Assembly: GCA_001643675.2 (NCBI GenBank)
Contig: LSRY02000007.1
Location: 1,488,001 to 1,552,000, forward strand
Direction of reading: 5' to 3'
DNA length: 64,000 nt
From: Monocercomonoides exilis PA203
Lineage: Eukaryota > Protista > Preaxostyla
Shown: piece by piece, positions 61,901-64,000 of the stretch
How the letters are laid out: each line of letters begins with the position of its first letter
Position numbering within the stretch: the stretch's first letter is position 1
The notes under the pieces: generated by a model
The model's input: the letters and a program-made list of their open reading frames with translations, nothing else
Databases searched by the model: none
What the model was told of the DNA's origin: nothing
Translations under genes and position numbers: made by a program

Positions 61901-64000
61901 AACTTCTGCATCAGAAACACACAGCTGACCACCTGGCTTAATCTCCAGCTCAGGCTTCGTGTTGTTCGTTCCATCAACTGTGAGTGTCTTGTTCGCATCA
62001 ATAACCCCTTCCAGAAATGTGTTTCCTGCCAAACGGATTGTTGTGTGCAATTCAATAACAAACTTGAATGCATATTCCACATCTCTGCACGGCATTTCCT
62101 CGTGCCCACATCCATTGTTGTTCTGGAACAACCCATTCACAAAAACAATCTCTTCTCCTGCTGGAAACAGCATCACCAATATCGATGAACTGATGACTGC
62201 TCCTGAAGTGTCATCATACACCCAGAACCGTTCTTTCTCGTCAGATTCTTTAACTGTCTCTTCCCACAGCTCCAGACGCAGCATCTTTCGTGGCTGGGGG
62301 CACACAACATACACATCTTTCCCGATTTCTGCCCTGTTGTCCACAAACTCGTTCTGCTTCATGCTGTACTCCACGCTCACAGCACAAAACTTCAGATACA
62401 ACCCTCCTCCAAAGCTCTCTTCTCCAGACACCCCATTCCCTTCAAAACAGTTGTCTTCAACATTCAGTGTTCCTCCCGCTTTCACCTCCACGCATCCGCA
62501 CCCTCCTCTCCCGTTGTTTTCCAAACAGCTCACGTTGTTGAATGTGTTCCCCACTATTTCACATTTCTCTCCTTCTCCCACTTCCCCAACAAATGCTCCT
62601 CCATCCCCCGCTTGCCTGCTGATATTCCACACATTCACACACCTCATTTCAACTGCCCCACACTCCACAAATCTGATCATTGCGCAATCAGAAAGAGTTG
62701 ACATATTCATCCAAGTGTTGCTCACTTTGAATGATGAGCACCTTCCTCCACTCAACACCCCTTCAGACCCAATAGCTGACACATTCTCCAGATTCGCTTC
62801 ACTCAGCTCCATTTTTGAACCGATGCCGCTTGCTTCCACCAACCCATGACCATCCACACAAACTCCTTTCACAGAAAAGCCCTTCATTGTCAGCTCTCCC
62901 CCTTGCACACTCACAAACGAATAGTTCATCTCTCCTGATTCGCTCTTCACAGAGCACTCCTTCAGCTTCAAAGAACATTCTGTGCACTTCAGAAAACATT
63001 TTCTGTGAGATGCAAACGACTGCGGCACACAGAACCAAATACACTCAAAACTCGTGTTTTTCTTTGTCTCAATCATGCTGTCTGAGTCTCCTTCCCCACT
63101 CTCAATCACTGCTCGATCCCTTTCATCTCCCTGCACCTTTATCGTCATTTCTTGTGCATCAAGCACCAGAGGATTATCGAACACAAAATCTCGAAGAAGC
63201 ACAATCTCAACATTTGCATCACCAGCTCGCCGTGTGGCTGCATATTTTATTCCCTCACACGGATAATCTTCGAACCCACACAACCGGTAGTTGCATCCCT
63301 TCTTCCCCACATACACTCCTCCGATGCTTTGACGGAAAAATACCGCCAGTGGAATCAGCATCTCATTTTCTCCATTTTCCATCCCCATCATATCTTCCAG
63401 AATCGGCCTCTCTTCAACAGCCTTCGGAAAGTCAAAATTCAGCGAGTTGACATTCACCACATCTGACAGATTCCCACACATCACAAACATGTTGTTTCCT
63501 CCATTTTCTGCCTCGTTCGCATTCTCTTCCTTTCCAAACTGCACATCTTTCAATGCAAAATCCCTCCCTCCATCAATGCATTTCACAACCATCCCTCCAC
63601 CCACTCCACTCAATAATTCTGATGCATCAGACACGTCACCATTCAGCGCCCTGCATTTTTCTGCAAGTCTTTCTTCACCACTTCCTCCAATTCGAAGAAC
63701 TGCTGTTCTTGACAGCTCCACAAAACATCCTCCCCCGCTCCCTCCATGAACAGAACAGTTTTCCCAGCGAACTCCATTCAGCACAAGCTCCATCCCATCA
63801 TCCAACTTCCCAAACAGCCCACATCCACTCACTCCACTTCTCGTCAAGTTGCAGAACGAGCAGTTTCTCATATGCATGCTCTTCCCCATATTGTCGAACA
63901 ACAATGTCTTGCAAAAATCATCTGCAGCCCCTTCCTCCACAACGGTTGTGTTCTCCACATTCAAGGCTCCTCTCGATGAATATGATATCGTTCCTTCTGA
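55946..64000 (-). CDS. Giant intronless receptor B (same family as 19340-27253), 5' end beyond the window
   Basis: The frame is open to the window edge (>2680 aa). Repeated GGG..F..N.A..G.D and CG....PC motifs, TM at about 57232-57309, juxtamembrane region near-identical to receptor A, pseudokinase RWKAPEL / FSVGMMLWE. Confidence 0.85.
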   Translation of the reverse strand, partial: SEGTISYSSRGALNVENTTVVEEGAADDFCKTLLFDNMGKSMHMRNCSFCNLTRSGVSGCGLFGKLDDGMELVLNGVRWENCSVHGGSGGGCFVELSRTAVLRIGGSGEERLAEKCRALNGDVSDASELLSGVGGGMVVKCIDGGRDFALKDVQFGKEENANEAENGGNNMFVMCGNLSDVVNVNSLNFDFPKAVEERPILEDMMGMENGENEMLIPLAVFFRQSIGGVYVGKKGCNYRLCGFEDYPCEGIKYAATRRAGDANVEIVLLRDFVFDNPLVLDAQEMTIKVQGDERDRAVIESGEGDSDSMIETKKNTSFECIWFCVPQSFASHRKCFLKCTECSLKLKECSVKSESGEMNYSFVSVQGGELTMKGFSVKGVCVDGHGLVEASGIGSKMELSEANLENVSAIGSEGVLSGGRCSSFKVSNTWMNMSTLSDCAMIRFVECGAVEMRCVNVWNISRQAGDGGAFVGEVGEGEKCEIVGNTFNNVSCLENNGRGGCGCVEVKAGGTLNVEDNCFEGNGVSGEESFGGGLYLKFCAVSVEYSMKQNEFVDNRAEIGKDVYVVCPQPRKMLRLELWEETVKESDEKERFWVYDDTSGAVISSSILVMLFPAGEEIVFVNGLFQNNNGCGHEEMPCRDVEYAFKFVIELHTTIRLAGNTFLEGVIDANKTLTVDGTNNTKPELEIKPGGQLCVSDAEVVLSLRGLHFKLTSETETTSNSVVSASALQALNSLSSVLLIIQGRCAVVNCLFGEEGEGREEVGRWVVQESGGSVELSSVKFAGLGFGGSWGIVFCEGGEFSCRNTSISQISSGEASLFVSGGHAKWKFKAVNVSAVNAINGRIVTVNKGSGLTMSDGCVVEGCGASTKNGSFGLCEMSEENELRIENVQMSSWVSDVGGGYGGCLFVAMSEGYANNYLFRGVGFKENNAFVGKDMFVECVELNSSILSDRFCIELTSGSDESTVDVKGVDVSRFEDPVDLRLFLVQAHLSTVVVSSEGFDMVGCGEEAYPCHSFWSGYSNTLEGAEKRELHIQNVVEIDRGYDVSSFVVASLSEGEECELRVSGELQNGVFDGVFVNSKASEFRLINFQIPSSMISAIQAIIVSSSTSAELMMNHCSISESSGMLTDYGIVKVMGGRFIVENCSFTSLTEHSHAPFAVQGSLRAENCTLTKAKSRTGKEGGLMCIRLGSSDCAKVDGCRMEGCECKAGNGKGGAMFVDGSEATEPKCISLNGTFFLSNLAAIGKHLFVGCQDLNTTVTTETFNLSLSEMESDDNDLMGADSVHGETSLIRFLVEFRSSTVHVGAGGYDLLRCGSAEDPCQSWRYGIEHLLTEANEKTIVVSGECRYEEDGILSGFEVKSAGAENEEQSTASLIIECSGDEGVDVCMRNTRKLRFEWITFVVRDGFVNERGGVIVSEGEELEMVDCGVSMKVPASQVSGISFAVVMRGSVIVKRLSVVSSSIGKYLFEVAVDVECVMEGFKAEMVEMRDGSIIGTRDKQVGEVQKRNGRSAITLVKSEFKNITNNGGNGCVFDLGMSSSATALDVNASVFEMCMSSNSPKGGAIYFHMVSGGYLHVRDTSITLSSCSAQSGWGGGAYVGAVFAGDLDMMFKSIVFDSNIAHIGRDLFVECYSIKEQINETQFLFDLRESKYNRLNAIYGIDRTELCGEPVNLIEFIVIYQNDTIFTTSDREVASEDSRNCGSQMLPCASLGFAVSHLTHDFESQIVVIGEGLIKGELDVTDASIRSRTTKAAYLRLNTHLESTRPCVVLCIESVVFRGISFVVDSESLRNHFRFVECGQGKTEMTKCTFSGTVNEHKNAFLMNATLLYVSSGGYLELENATLSHVSSSSPMITCEQKSRLSCTSLVMTSLECSLGLITAKDCEMVAIEKSECRDVMCDGGALFAFEGENEMKESEDARNKCECVFSVCSIENITMTAGMGEVLFANCLGSLRMQNISFAKCVSREQKGKMLRSERSNAVELESCTFSGDEGERESELNASGKEMCEWNGSVVHFEDSSVVMSFTTIKNAKDGGMSVSGGDVRIERGEFLNNNPGVVKFPSVRRNIICSGEGLVNIESLKGGDGMKDNSSLWFLNEGCRVEGIVSERSSTLFIPVLEEVKSKEKGSVVELRFLGSVLIPCELSFKVSTWIGDAEAVERHEFSDADFVSEKEVRGSISSSAIVSVPNEAEVTVTIAFGEKGAQHCTTQFVLKNRTGQMGGNGNLVKEGIEAASSWALIAIAIFAVLFLVVLIISIILAVRWRKSKEEAKKYKEIVNDNIRKDPKAFEMVTMEMSPEEQWRRAEKEAEKKNEERIKKRVYETNMEHSESSEHLLSESGSTEYILGRDSDKIPEWVLEEVDEKEWEEEIQKRSPSPSISSTSTTDTSDTESTFVRGEDLCPTTSSMSNLVDAMSCSSPYVKLIVDLRDSLFMLLHGKNEKKEMAIGSLMEREVTGAHLLFWVVHGALHSFEDDKYYLPSLANLSPHIILFSEHMEIAIALHSDCFSDDSSSSSSISSSTIITSSSACSSSNRNGKDSPPPSSAFEEDGYYRKECLRWKAPELQMNKKMSATKESVVFSVGMMLWECLSLKIPFEEYEGDAAGQKIANGERPNMGVISGSRQAGLVAAALLQHGRDRITLCDVKKELIKFFSKNEVTLTMSDAIIDEEQEDDSKANNSRASFSKSGESCT

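Noticed and set aside
1-64000. Alternative genetic code (TAR = Gln), CRISPR arrays, tRNA or rRNA genes
   Set aside because: Conserved proteins end at TAA in the expected places (e.g. PP4c DYFL-TAA) with no in-frame TAR in exons; no repeat-spacer array or structured-RNA signature was seen, though a covariance-model scan was not possible.

Overview
AT-rich, intron-rich eukaryotic genomic DNA using the standard genetic code. The style (short GT[T/G/A]TG..AG introns, poly-Ser TCT/TCA tracts, giant intronless beta-helix receptor pseudokinases) suggests an oxymonad such as Monocercomonoides; this is an inference and was not confirmed by any search. Two tightly packed housekeeping blocks alternate with two accessory blocks. 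Block 1 (1-19 kb) holds a tetraspanin-like gene, a giant NEK-like kinase with two C2H2 fingers, a kelch-BTB gene, TRM112, SEN2, UFD1 and PP4c. Block 2 (33-49.4 kb) holds an ArfGAP, a PAM2-like protein, SF3B2, an LRR protein, a small membrane protein, a divergent importin-alpha and a small spliced ubiquitin-like gene absent from the ORF track. The accessory blocks (19.3-33 kb and 49.4-64 kb) hold two ~8 kb intronless single-pass receptors, each with a divergent beta-helix ectodomain and a conserved catalytically dead kinase-like tail, plus a mosaic pseudogene fragment of receptor A and several non-autonomous foldback/MITE elements. The best candidate for a new system is in receptor A: an ectodomain module bracketed by two sharply bounded G-depleted patches, with the same patch-module-patch unit present as a silent mosaic copy between long palindromes, suggesting cassette-style receptor diversification (hypothesis). 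Three palindromes also have near-perfect outer arms and diverged inner arms, suggesting terminus-anchored arm homogenisation. Exon boundaries, alignments and base counts were done by eye and are approximate.
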